From NCBI RefSeq assembly GCF_963506605.1, contig NC_083279.1, positions 98,332,001-98,396,000 on the forward strand: a DNA stretch of 64,000 nt, written 5' to 3'. The position numbers and the translations under genes are program-made. This document shows, piece after piece, positions 1 through 11,550 of the stretch. Numbering within the stretch: position 1 is the stretch's first letter; each line of letters starts with the position of its first letter. The notes under the pieces are model-generated. The model was not told where the DNA came from. It worked only from the letters and a program-made list of their open reading frames with translations, and did not search any database. This stretch comes from Zootoca vivipara. Taxonomy: Eukaryota.

Positions 1-725
1 GCCATTGTGGCTACTAGCCTTTGGCTGCCTTCTCCATCAACTTGCTTAGTCCTCTTTTAAAGCCATCCAGGTCGGTGGCCGTCACTATTTCCTGTGGGAG
101 AGAGTTCCACAGTTGCATGATGAAGTCCCTTTTTTATCTGTCCTGGATTTCCCAACATTCAGCTTCACCGAATGTCCACCGGTTCCAGTATTATGAGAGA
201 GGGAGAACAACTTTATTCTGTCCACTTCCTCTTGGCATAACTTCATAAACCTTTGCCATGCTGTCTCAGGCTCGCCTTTCCTCTAAACTACAAAGTCTCA
301 AAGCAGACTTCTTTTCATAGGAGAGTCACTCTATCATTTTGGTCGCCGCTTTCTGAACCTTTTCCAACTCCACAATAATATTTTAGAGGCAAAGCGAGCA
401 ACACTGTACACAGTACTCAAAATGCGGTCACACAATAGACTCGCATAATGGCACTGTGATATCGGAAGTTTTAATTGTCTTTCCTAATTATCCCTAGCAT
501 GGAATTTGCCTGTTTCACTGGGTTGGCATCTTCACTGAGCTCTCTGCTGTGAAGCCAAGCTCCTATTCCTGGTCCATCACCACCACTTCAGGCGCCGTGA
601 GTCAAAATGTGAAATTAGGATTTTATTTTATTTTTGCACCCACACACATCATTTTAAACTTGTTCGCACTGAATTGCATTTGCCATTTTCCCACGCATTC
701 ACTCTCAATTCGGAGCGCTCCTTTT
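1..725 (-). mobile_element. Old CR1 LINE 3' remnant
   Basis: Degenerate CR1 RT C-terminal and 3' UTR sequence (ttccacagtt, ttcctctaaacta, actgtacacagtactc). Confidence 0.6.
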
Positions 726-729
726 GGAG

Positions 730-1050
730 CCCTATACAGCCTCAGCCCAGTGTACCTGAAGGAGCGTCTCCACTCCCATCGTTCTGCCTGGACACCGAAG
801 TCCACCACCGAGGGCCTTCTGGCAGTTCCCTCACTTTAAGAAGCAAAGCTACAGGAAACAAGGCAGAGAGCCTTCCACACCCACCCTGTGGAACGCCCTC
901 CCATCAGATGTCAAAGAGATAAACAACTACCTGACATTTAGAAAACATCTGAAGGCAGCCCTGTTTAGGGAAGTTTTAAATGTGTGACATTTTAATGTAT
1001 TTTAATCTTTGTAGGAAGCCGCCCAGATTATTATTATTATCATTATTATT
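730..1050 (+). mobile_element. L2-like LINE 3' fragment
   Basis: YLKERL-type C-terminus and gccgcccag + (TTA)n tail. A related minus-strand copy lies at about 2480-2750. Confidence 0.55.
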
Positions 1051-1076
1051 CATGTAGATATTGGACTTCCCTCCAG

Positions 1077-1437
1077 GGTAAAGGTAAAGGGACCCCTGAC
1101 CATTAGGTCCAGTCGTGACCGACTCTGGGGTTGCAGCGCTCATCTCGCTTTACCGGCCGAGGGAGCCGGCGTACAGCTTCCGGGTCATGTGGCCAGCATG
1201 ACTAAGCCGCTTCTGGCGAACCAGAGCAGCACGTGGAAATGCCGTTTACCTTCCTGCTGGAGCGGTACCTACCGTATTTATCTACTTGCACTTTTTGGCG
1301 TGCTTTTGAACTGCTAGGTTGGCAGGAGCAGGGACCGAGCAACGGGAGCTCACCCCGCCATGGGGATTCGAACTGCCATCCTTCTGATCGGCAAGCCCTA
1401 GGCTCAGTGGTTTGGACCACAGCGCCACCCACATCCC
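1077..1437 (-). mobile_element. Sauria/Squam1 SINE
   Basis: tRNA-like head gtggcgctgtgg..aaaccac..ttcgaatccc, conserved body and (ACCTTT)n tail. Confidence 0.85.
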
Positions 1438-2818
1438 AATGCTCCCCTGCAGGGTAGATTTCGCTAATTGACTTATGCACCTTGGCAAGAGAAAAGAGGA
1501 AAATTAGTGATTGTAAGGCGGAGATCCTAGACATGCTCAAGTGGGAGGAAGCCCCACTGAAGTGGGATAGATGTCAGACGAAGTATGCAGACTAAATGTG
1601 CTTGGGGGCAAGAGGAAGCAGCTTTTGAGAAGCAAATTCCTCCTTATCTAGGCTTTTAAGGAAATGTATTGCTGTCTGGGGTCTCCCTCCCTCTCTTCTC
1701 TTGAAGTTTTCAACCTCTTTTTCCTGATGGCTGGGAGAGATAGTGGCTTTTGCTTATTTTCTTTTTTTGCTTTCCAAGGCAGAAACCATTTAGCATGGCA
1801 TATGTTCCTTAGCCAAAGCTAGGAGGAGAAGGAGGGGGGAGGACGTCATTTTGAGTGGGTGGGGTGGGGGGGAACAAACAGCCTCCAGATCTAAGTTTAT
1901 TGTTCTGGAGAGAGAACTAAGGTATAATTACAGGGTGGGGTGGGTTTCCCCCCCCCTCCGCCTTTTACAGCCCTTTTGTGAGCCCCACCGGATTCCCTGC
2001 AGTTAAATTCCCGCGTCTTGCTCATTCAAGACCAAACGCATCCCTGGCTGTTCCTGCAACCTCTCTCCTTTCCAGAGGAGCTGAAAACATCCTGACTTCT
2101 TCAGGAAGGCTTCCTGCCCAGCCAGACCCAGCCAGGTAAAACCTTAAATTGGGGGGGGGCTCTTCTAAGGGGGGGTGAAAGTCAGACGGAGGGTAAAGGG
2201 GTGAAGCAGACTGGGGGGGAAGCTTGCGAGCTTGGAACCAGGCGCAAATTGCGGATCTGCAGAAAGGGAGTTTGTTGCTCAGAGGCAGGGGGGCATCTGC
2301 TTGGCGTGCAGAAGGAGGAACCAAGTTCGTACCCCAACCCCACCCCACGCCTCTCCAGGTAGGGCTGGGACTGCTCCTCTCCACAAAGCCCGGGGGGGGG
2401 CACTGCCAGGCTGGGTGGGCAATTCGGAGCCAAATGGACCAATGTCTAAAGGGGAATGCTGGGCTAAGGGAACCATATGTTACAACAACAACAACAATTT
2501 ATTATTTATACCCCGCCCATCTGGCTGAGTTTCCCCAGCCACTCTGGGCGGCTTCTAACAGAAGTATTAAAATACAATAATTTATTAAACATTAAAAGTT
2601 TCCCTAAAGAGGGCTGTCTTCCGATGTCCTCTAAAAGTCTGGTGGTAGTTTTTCTCTTTGACATCTGGTGGGAGGGCGTTCCACAGGGCGGGTGCCACTA
2701 CCGAGAAGGCCCTCTGCCTGGTTCCCTGTAACTTGGCTTCTCACAGCGAGGGAATATGAAAAATATAAGGATATAAGAATATAAGAAAAAACTGTTCCTT
2801 TTCCCTTATGGGGTAGCA

Positions 2819-2953
2819 CATAGAATTTCAGAGTTGGAAGGGGACCTTGAAGACCATCCAGTCCAACCCCCCGCAATGCAGGAATATGCAGCTGTCCCAT
2901 ATGGGGATCGAACCTGCAACCTTGGCGTTACCAGCACAAGGCTCTAACCAACT
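2819..2953 (-). mobile_element. tRNA-Ile-headed SINE with CR1 3' tail
   Basis: Reverse complement reads cagttggttagagc..aacgccaaggttgcaggttcgatccc + ttcctgcattgc..ttggact..cccttccaactct. Confidence 0.75.
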
Positions 2954-2961
2954 GGCTAGAT

Positions 2962-3097
2962 CAGGCTTCCTCAAACTCGGCCCTCCAGATGTTTTTGGCC
3001 TACAACTCCCATGATCTCTAGCTAGCAGGACCAGTGGCCAGGGATGATGGGAATTGTAGTCTCAATACATCTGGAGGGCCGAGTTTGAGGAAGCCTG
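2962..3097. mobile_element. ~135-bp palindromic hAT MITE
   Basis: Long TIRs caggcttcctcaaactcggccctccagatg; 8-bp TSD ggctagat/ggctagag. Confidence 0.85.
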
Positions 3098-3264
3098 GGC
3101 TAGAGGAAGGAAAGAAGGTAACAAGCCTGGAAAACAATGCATGAAATATCCACTGCATGCCAGATATTTAACTCCCCACCTTCTAATAGCACATTGTTCT
3201 CTCCCAGTGGCATTTCTGCCTGACTCCACTTCCCTGCTTTGCTGAACCCTCTTTGTCTCCTTGC

Positions 3265-3655
3265 CTGTTGTCTTTGTCCATGGAGTTTTCTTGGCAGGGA
3301 TACTATAGTGGCTTGCCAGTTCCTTCTCCAGGTGGATCACGTTTAGTCAAAACTCTCCCCTATGACCTGTCCATCCTGGGTGGCCCTGCATGGCATAGCT
3401 CATAGCTTCTCCGAGTTATTCAAGCCCCTTCGCCACGACAAGGCAGTGATCCATGAAGGATCGCTTTGGACACCTCATGAGAAGAGAAGACTCCCTGGAA
3501 AAGACCCTGATGTTGGGAAAGATGGAGGGCACTAGGAGAAGGGGACGACAGAGGACGAGATGGTTGGACAGTGTTCTCGAAGCTACGAACATAAGTTTGA
3601 CCAAACTGCGGGAGGCAGTGGAAGGCAGGAGTGCCTGGCGTGCTATGGTCCATGT
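3265..3655. mobile_element. Bov-B LINE fragments (two pieces, opposite orientation)
   Basis: FGHLMRREDSLEKTLMLGK..RRRGRQRTRWLDS peptide on +, preceded by an inverted Bov-B/Sauria-like piece. Confidence 0.75.
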
Positions 3656-3819
3656 CTCATGACTTCTGCCCTCCTGCTCCCCATGCCTAGAATAGCACAC
3701 AAACACGACTCATCCCCTGCTTCCCCTGCTTCTTGAACCAAGCCCTTTTCTGTAAGCTCCATGGCGGCAGGGACCTGGCTATATTTGCCCATGGGAAAAC
3801 TTAATCAGGCATCATGGGA

Positions 3820-4468
3820 CGTTTAGATTTCTAGGCATTGAGTTACAGGAGGATCTGTCCTGGAGTGTTAATACAAGGGGGCTTGTGAATAAGGCGCAGC
3901 AGAGACTGTATTTTTTGAGAATTTTAAGGAAAAACCATCTTCCGCAAAAGCTGCTGCTTTCCTTCTATCACTGTGCCATACAGAGCGTGCTCACGTACGG
4001 TTTATGTGTGTGGTACGGAAGCTGTACTTCTCAGGACAGAGCAGGGCTGTGTAGAATTATTAAAACAGCAGAGAGAATTGTTGGCTGCCCACTCTCCACC
4101 TTAGAACAAATCTATACCACCAGGTGCCATAGAAAAGCGCTAGACATATCAAGAGATCCAACGCACCCTGGTCACCATTTCTTTCAGCTCCTGCTGAAAT
4201 AGATATAGATATAGAACTATGCAGGCAAGAACGAGCCGTCTCAGGAACAGTTTCTTCTCTAGAGTGATTTTGGCCTTACCGTAAATGGAAAGCCTGGACT
4301 TTGAAGTCATCTTATTTTACTTGTTATTTGTATTATATTTACTGTTTTTAATTAGGTTTTTAAATTTTGGATTATGCGGAATGCTTTATCTGAGTGGATG
4401 TAGCAACCGAGTAATTTCGTTGTTCCCGCAAGGGGACAATGACAATAAAGATATCTTATCTTATCTTA
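3820..4468 (+). mobile_element. Rex1/Babar LINE 3' fragment
   Basis: KAQQRLYFLRILRK..FYHCAIQSVLTYGLCVWYGSC..DPTHPGHHFFQLL peptide; tail gacaataaag(atctt)n. Confidence 0.75.
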
Positions 4469-4649
4469 TGTGGGTTGGTGACTGTTGCCCCAATGATCCT
4501 TCCTTCCTCCTCCTTGCTTAGCCCCCAAACCTCTCTCCCATCCCTGCCTGGTGTGGCTGCTTTGTCAGTGCCAAGATCGCACCCTCAGAGCCGTTTAATA
4601 GATAACGGCAGGTGTAATCATCTAATAATACTAATTATTATGAATGGCA

Positions 4650-5370
4650 TCATGGGAAAAGCTTTGGTGAAATGACTTAAAGTTTATGGCATGCTATACT
4701 TCAAAAGAAAATTATATGAAGATGTTCTACCAATGGTACGCTACACCGTGAGCTGGCGACAATGTATAAAACCAGCTCAAATCTTTGCTGGAGATGTAAA
4801 GCATCAGAGGGGACAATGTATCATGTGTGGTGGAAATGTAATAAAGATTTAAAAAAAACTTTTTGGAAATCATCTCTAATGAGCTTTTTAAAATGTTCAA
4901 ATCAAAAAGCCAGAAGCCTTCTTGTTAGGTATTATTGATGTAGATATACCGAAAGAATTAAGGAAGATATTTATGTACGCAACGACTGTGGCGAGAATGT
5001 TAATAGTCAGGTGATGGAAGGGAGATAAAATACCAACTAAATTGGAATGGCAGGCAAAGTTATTTGAATATGTAGACTTGGCAAAGATGACAGGGAAAAT
5101 TAGGAATCAGACAAACCAAGAATTTAACAAAGAATGGGATTTATTCAAATTATATTTAAAAGAACATGGTTCTCAGTTAAAATATTTGACATGTTTTGAA
5201 TAACTTCTGCAATGATATATTCTACCAAGAATTTGGGCAATTAATGATAAGTTTTAAAATATGCAAATATGCACTCAACAAGAGAATGATGGACCCCTAT
5301 TGAGAATGACAGAAGTCCCAATATATGGAAGAATTTTATTTTATATGCGAAAATTTCTTTGTATGTGAAG
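4650..5370 (+). mobile_element. L1-like LINE 3' remnant
   Basis: AT-rich, with a degenerate CWRC..GTMYHxWW zinc-knuckle-like stretch. Related to fragments at 21292-22637 and 46650-47071. Confidence 0.6.
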
Positions 5371-5483
5371 TGATTTGTTTTCATTTCTGTTCTTTTGTGG
5401 TGGAAGGAACACTTCCTTCCGGGTTTTCAGAGTTTGAGTACCAAGGTACCACTGCAGTTCTCTCTTTCCCCTCCAGGCTCCTG

Positions 5484-5994
5484 ATGGAGGTCCAGATCCC
5501 GCTTGCTCTCCTACTGGCCGCCTGGAGCTGCTCCTTCCCCTCCTCCTGCTCCTCCTCCTCGCCCTCCTTCACCCACCAGCTGGCGCAACTGAGCAGCCGC
5601 CGCAGCAGCTGCAAGCCCGTGCCCAGCAGCATGAGCCTGTGCCACGGCGTGGGCTACAGTGAGATGCGCTTGCCCAACCTCCTGGGCCACGAGACCATGA
5701 AGGAGGCGCTGCAGCAGGCCGCCTCCTGGGTGCCCCTCCTCACCAAGCAGTGCCACCGAGACACCAAGAAGTTCCTCTGCTCCCTCTTCGCCCCCGTCTG
5801 CATCAGCGAGCTGGACGAGCCTATCTTCCCCTGCCGCTCCCTCTGCGAGGCCGTCCGGGACGGCTGCACGCCCGTCATGGCTGCCTTTGGCTTCCCCTGG
5901 CCGGAGATGCTCAACTGCAGCCGGTTCCCCCGGGGGAACGAGCTCTGCGTCCCGCCGGCTGGCCCGGATGACAGGGTGCAGATCCCCAAAGAAG
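5484..5994 (+). CDS. Secreted frizzled-related protein 2-like, coding exon 1 (signal peptide + Frizzled cysteine-rich domain)
   Basis: Acceptor ctccag|g at 5476/5477, ATG 5484. Hydrophobic leader MEVQIPLALLLAAW, then a 10-Cys CRD (CKPVP..LCHGVGYSEMRLPNLLGHETMKE..CHRDTKKFLCSLFAPVC..PCRSLC..FGFPWPEMLNC..LCVP) closely resembling SFRP2. Donor gaag|gtaggc, phase 1. Confidence 0.93.
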
Positions 5995-6330
5995 GTAGGC
6001 GGGAGGTGAGCGGGGTGGGTGGCTGGGGTGGGAAAGTCCCCAGGGAGGTCCATCCGTGGGTTACAAGCAGCCAGGTCCTCCCTTCCCTCTGAGCTGCCTT
6101 TCCCCCTCATCGCTTCCCTCAGAGAGTCTAACAAGGACTTGGGAGACATGGGTTCGAATCACGCACCCTCCCTCGGCCATGAAGCTCCCTGGGCACCCTT
6201 CGCCAGCTTCTCTCAGCCCAATCTACCTCGCAGGGTTGTTGTTGGGGTTTTAAACGAGGAGGGGGAAGAACTACGGTATGTGCACCACCTTGAGCTCCTT
6301 GGAGAGGAAGGTCGGACATATTATTTCCTT

Positions 6331-6648
6331 AAAGGTAAAGGGACCCCTGACTGTTAGGTCCAGTCACGGACGACTCTGGGGTTGCAGCTCTCATCTCGCT
6401 TTATTGGCCAAGGGAGCTGGCGTACAGCTTCCAGGTCATGTGGCCAGCATGACTAAGCCACTCCTGGCAAACCAGAGCAGCGCACAGAAATGCCGTTTAT
6501 CTTCCCACCGCAGCGGTACCTATTTATCTACTTGCACTTTGGCGTGCTTCCGAGCTGCTAGGTTGGCAGGAGCAGGGACCAAAGCAACGAGAGTTCGACC
6601 TTCTGATCGGCAAGCCCTAGGCTCTGTGGTTTAGACCACAGCACCACC
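6331..6648 (-). mobile_element. Sauria/Squam1 SINE
   Basis: Same consensus as 1077-1437, with an internal deletion. Confidence 0.8.
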
Positions 6649-6943
6649 CTAACCAAGTGCAATAGACAAAACAGAAATGCAGTACATAAAATAAATCAGT
6701 GCGTCAGTGTGACTCAGTCAATTGGTTACCTGCCCTGACAGATATCAGCAGATGTATGCTGTGATTCAATTGGGAAAGGCAGCGTCCATTTCTGGGTACC
6801 TCAGTTTAAGAAGGATGCTGAGAAGCTGGAAGGTGTGCAGAGGAGGGTGACCAAGATGAACCAAGGGCTTCGGGGTACATGCCTGATGAGGAACGGTTGA
6901 AGGAGCTGCGTATATTTAGGGTATATTCCCTTTGCTCCTCCAG

Positions 6944-7021
6944 ACACAGTGTGTGCGGCCTGTCTGCATACTGAGATCGGGGAGAAGGAATTCCTGGAGA
7001 ACGTCTGCAGCCAGGACTTTG
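6944..7021 (+). CDS. SFRP2-like coding exon 2 (start of netrin/NTR domain)
   Basis: ctccag|ac... encodes (D)TVCAACLHTEIGEKEFLENVCSQDF; donor g|gtgagt. 78 nt, phase 1-1, same position and motif (CxxC...C..DF) as SFRP2 exon 2. Confidence 0.9.
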
Positions 7022-7798
7022 GTGAGTCTCTCGTTCTGTGTGTTGGCCGGGGAAAAGTGGTGTTGCATGTCGGGGGGGGGGCAGAATCATGTGAATGGAA
7101 AAACGCCCACAAGTGCAATGTCACTTCCCTCTCTTCTCCTTCAACCCCAAATTACTGGGGGATCCCCAGAAGTAGTTCCTTGGGAGAGAAGGTGGAAGGG
7201 CCATTCATTCATTGCACTCACAAATGTTCTTCAACTGGCGCATTGACTCAGGATATGCTCCCATTACCAATTATTCCGCATCTAATTTTTGAAGCCACAT
7301 TCGCAAGACGTTCGGCAAAATCCATACCAGTTTAGTAGTTTCTTGGCTAGTGCTGCTATTTGATTACAAAACTGGATACGGGGTGAGCCACAATGTGGAC
7401 ACCCTATAACAGCCATTATGCTGGTGCATTTGACAGCTTCGTGAACATCGGGCAGGCAGGGGGAGGTTGCGGGAAAGGCCACCCCAAAAAAGTCCTGCAC
7501 ATTGGTTGAAGGCATACCCCTCCCCCCTTCTGATTTGAACCGCCCTGAGATCTTTAGATGGCTGGTAGTATATAAATTTGATTGATAAATAAATAACAGA
7601 AAACACCTCTCTGTGCAAATGCAGCTTGCAAAGCAACAGTGGATGGAATGATATTGCCGTGTTTCAAGCCACGAATGTGAACATAATCAGCAACCTACAA
7701 CCCTGCCTGCCTGCCCCAAATTAGCCGTGGCTCGTGCATTGCGGGGGTTGGACTAAATGACCCTTGGGTCCCTCCCAACCTTGTAATTCTATGAGGAG

Positions 7799-8465
7799 CA
7801 GTGCCGGATTTACGTATAAGCTAAACAAGCTATAGCTTAGGGCCCCACTCTCTTGGGGCCCCCCCCAAATTTTAAAAGGATGTACATTTCCAAAATATAA
7901 GATTAAAAAACAAATAAAATAAAAGCTACGCACAGCAACAGTGTTTTGTGTTGCGTAGGCTCCTAGGATGTGAGTCATGCTAGCCTGCTCCCTAAAATAT
8001 CACTGGTTTGCTCATTTCTATATATAGAGTGCCTACATTCTGCTATTTATAATTATTAGTAGTTTGCATCATATATTTACACCTATTATTATTTCATGTT
8101 ATAGAAAGTTTCTAGAGACTAGTCTTTGTAAATTGCGTTTCTAAAGGAACTTTTGTTGTTGCCAAATGCCAATGTGTTGGCATTCTTAAGTTTGTTATGA
8201 ATAAAAAATCATTTAAAGTTAGAGCTTAATAATTATTTCACTATTAATGTACTTCTTCTTAACTGTAATGCAGTTCAACAATTACTTTGATAAAATACAT
8301 ATTATGTTATGTGCAAATGACTTTAGATACCTATTAGGTCCATAGCATATTCAACACACACAAAAAAGCAGCGACCATTTGCTGTTGACAAAGGACAGCT
8401 GGACATATAAAGGACCCCATTACCTTCAGTAGCTCAGGGCCTCCTCAGACCTAAATCCGGCCCTC
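7799..8465. mobile_element. Non-autonomous hAT element
   Basis: TIRs cagtgccggattta / taaatccggccctc; perfect 8-bp TSD atgaggag (7791-7798, 8466-8473). Confidence 0.85.
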
Positions 8466-8656
8466 ATGAGGAGGCATACGGAGGTGGGGGGGGGGTCCTA
8501 GCCAATGGTGACCAGAAACGCCACAGGAATTGCTGGGGCAACCCTTGACGGCAGGGAGCGAGGTGGGCAAAACAGGAGGCGGAAAACCCCCCGACTTGCA
8601 GAGGAGACTTCCCATTAACCCTGTCCCTCCCCCCTGCGTCTCCCTGTCTCCCACAG

Positions 8657-8967
8657 CCTTAAAAATGAGCATCAAATCTTCATCTGCCATCGACGGGGAC
8701 CTCCAGCTGATCCCTGAGCTCCGGGGACGCACCCTTTACAGGCAGGACGGCTGGTCAGAGGAAGAGCGGAAGAGGCCGGTTCTGTGGCTGACTGGCGGAG
8801 AGGCTTGCTCCTGCGAGGAAGTGGCAGCGGCAGGCCCTGGGTCCGTGGTCCTTGCCATGGGGCACAGGGTAGCTGGCCGGCTCGTCCTGTCCTGGGTCAG
8901 GAGGTGGCGGCGGGGGGAGAAGGAGCTGAAGAAGTTCACCCGGGCCGTGCGGAAAATGCAGTGTTAA
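8657..8967 (+). CDS. SFRP2-like coding exon 3 (NTR domain, stop)
   Basis: cccacag|cc; (A)LKMSIK...RTLYRQDGWSEEERKRPVLWL..ACSCEE...RRWRRGEKELKKFTRAVRKMQC* parallels the SFRP2 C-terminus (..KKSVLWL..CTCEE..KRWQKGQREFKRISRSIRKLQC). Spliced CDS 900 nt = 299 aa. Confidence 0.92.
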
Positions 8968-9506
8968 GAGGCAGCAACGTTTCCTCCTCCCCTCCCATAA
9001 CCAGGTTCTGCAATTTATCTTCTGCAGTGGAATTCCTGCATCGCAGCGGGGTGGGATGGATGACCCTGTGGGGTCCCTTCCAACTTTGCACATCTATGAT
9101 TCAAGCCAGACAATGCGTTTAGATTTAGCCGGGCTTCTGGCATGCCTGACACTTCCTCCAGATTGTGTTAGGATATGGTATCTAATATTGGATAAATATC
9201 TGGTGGAGCCATGACCCTTCTGTAGGTATGGGGGGGGGGAGCAACTTCACCGGCCAGGGGTTGGACGCCAGAAACAGCCAGTTTCAGGCTCTAGGATGCC
9301 ACCATTCCATACTTCCATTTGGATTAGAATTTTCATCTGCATGGAAATGGCAGTGTTAAAAGACATTTGTCCCTCCCCAGCCTCAAATTAGTAGACTACT
9401 GGGTGTGTGTGTGTGATATTTCCCCCGAAACCCAGCATTTTATACTGTGTGTTTGCATTTCGTGGCTTCTTTATCCACTAAAATGTTTGCTTTTAACACA
9501 TGAATC

Positions 9507-9512
9507 AATAAA
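9507..9512 (+). terminator. Probable poly(A) signal of the SFRP2-like gene
   Basis: First AATAAA downstream of the stop codon, followed by GT-rich sequence. Confidence 0.55.
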
Positions 9513-9749
9513 TATACGGCTGGTTTGTGAAAGTTCCTTCGTGGTTTCTGGGAGGGAGGGAAGCTCAGTCGGACGGGAATGAAGCTCAGCGGAAATGAAG
9601 CTCTCTGAAGCAGACGCTCCATCGCCTCATCCCAGACGTGTGTTGAGAGAAAGCGGAGGAGCAGGCTCTGGCTAGCTCAGTGAAAGGCACTCTGCACATA
9701 CTCAGAGGCACACGTGTTCTACAAGTCAAATAAGTGTCTCTCTCAGGGT

Positions 9750-10161
9750 CAAAGGCCGGGAAACGATGCCTTAGGAGGAACGGCTTAGGGAGCTGGCTAT
9801 GTTTAGCCTGGAGAAGAGAAGGTTAAGGGGTGATATGATAGCCATGTTCAAATATATTAAAGGATGTCATATGGAGGAGGGAGAAAGATTGTTTTCTGCT
9901 GCTCCAGAGAAGCAGACACGGAGCAATGGATTCAAACTACAAGAAAGAAGATTCCACCTAAACATTAGGAAGAACTTCCTGACAGTAAGAGCTGTTCGGC
10001 AGCGGAATTTGCTGCCAAGGAGTGTGGTGGAGTCTCCTTCTTTGGAGGTCTTTAAGCAGAGGCTTGACAGGCATATGTCAAGAATGCTTTTATGGTGTTT
10101 CCTGCTCGGCAGGGGGTTGGACTGGATGGCCCTTGTGGTCTCTTCCAACTCTACGATTCTA
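9750..10161 (+). mobile_element. Young CR1 LINE 3' fragment
   Basis: [22 protein letters not shown]...; tail ccaactctacgattcta. Near-identical copies elsewhere in the window. Confidence 0.9.
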
Positions 10162-11220
10162 AGACCTTGGGCAGGGGCTGTTCATAAAGCACCTCTTCGT
10201 CCGTGGAGCTCCTCTTATTTATGATTTGTTTATTCCATTTATATCCCACCTTTTCCTCCGAGGAGGTGCTGACACTCTTATCTGCTACACTGCCAGCCTG
10301 GGTCTTTTAAGGAATCTGAGGCGGTGAGCCAGCCTGCAAACTGATGGCATTGGCCACCACAACATTGGTGGTGGTTCTCGAGCATGACGCCGCAGTCAGA
10401 CAAATTTAATAAATAGCAACAATAATGGTGGAAGGTGAGTGGCGGGCAGAAGTTCAACAGGCTCAGCTTCTCCTTTCCACGCAGCGTTCTGGCTAAATGC
10501 ACCGACTGGGCTAATCTCAGCCTCGGAGCCGCTGAAAGGAAGCAGGTCAAGCGCAGACCTCTGGGTGGGATCAGGGGAGGAGAAACTGGCCCCTCTCAAA
10601 GGGAGCTGAAACAGTCGAGACGAAATGAGATTTGTTCCAACGTGTTTCCAGTTATGCTCTTTGGCACTGAGGAATTTGGTTTTTGAAAATCTAATCAAGA
10701 ACGTAGATGCAAAAAGGGCTCACTCCGTTGTTGGGACGTATGGGCATGCCTGTTGTTTCAAAATACTCATAATAAAAAATTGTATTTTGTTAAACCACCA
10801 TTCATGCAAGGGTTCATTGATCTAGCTCCCCTCCTTTTATCCTCCCAGTAACCCTGCGAGGTGGCTTATTTTGCTTCTGCAGAGGCTGCCCGGGGGGGGG
10901 GGAGGGCCTCCACCTTTCCCTCAGAAGGGGAGCTCCCTCTGCCTTGTCACCTGTGCCAGGATGACGGCAGGTGCGAAGCGAAACCCAAGAGGCAGCTTAG
11001 GTGACACCATCCATCATTTATGGCTCTCGGCAGGAGGGCTGCTGCTCCGCTCGGCCTCTCGCCCCAGACGCCTAGGGGAGTCAAGAGGGGCTCCGCATCC
11101 CAGCCTCCAGGTGGGACACAATCGAGCAGGTAAGAGCTGCTGCCCCCCCCCCGTGTCCCCAGCATGGTGTGCGCGATTCTCCCCCTCCTCATTTAATCCC
11201 CACAATAACCCTGTGAGGTA

Positions 11221-11550
11221 AACCACTGAGCCTAGGGCTTGCTGATCAGAAGGTCGGCAGTTCGAATCCCTGTGACGGGGTGAGCTCCCGTTGCTTGGTC
11301 CCAGCTCCTGCCAACCTAGCAGTTCGAAAGCACGTCAAAATGCAAGTAGATAAATAGGAACCGCTACAGCGGGAAGGTAAACGGCGTTTCCATGTGCTGC
11401 TCTGGTTCGCCAGAAGTGGCTTTGTCATGCTGGCCACATGACTTGGAAGCTATACGCCGGCTCCCTCGGCCAATAATGCGAGATGAGCGCGCAACCCCAG
11501 AGTCGGTCACGACTGGACCTAATGGTCAGGGGTCCCTTTACCTTTACCTT
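11221..11550 (+). mobile_element. Sauria/Squam1 SINE (5' truncated)
   Basis: 15-bp TSD taaccctgtgaggta (11206-11220, 11551-11565). Confidence 0.88.

Noticed and set aside
5325-5483. N-terminal extension of the SFRP2-like ORF from ATG 5325
   Set aside because: Starts in an L1 remnant and crosses a clear splice acceptor at 5476. ATG 5484 gives a proper signal peptide.
5484-8967. Assigning the symbol SFRP2, SZL or crescent
   Set aside because: Too divergent from canonical SFRP2 and in the wrong synteny. The overall sequence and NTR tail are more SFRP2-like than Sizzled/Crescent-like. Orthology needs a tree.
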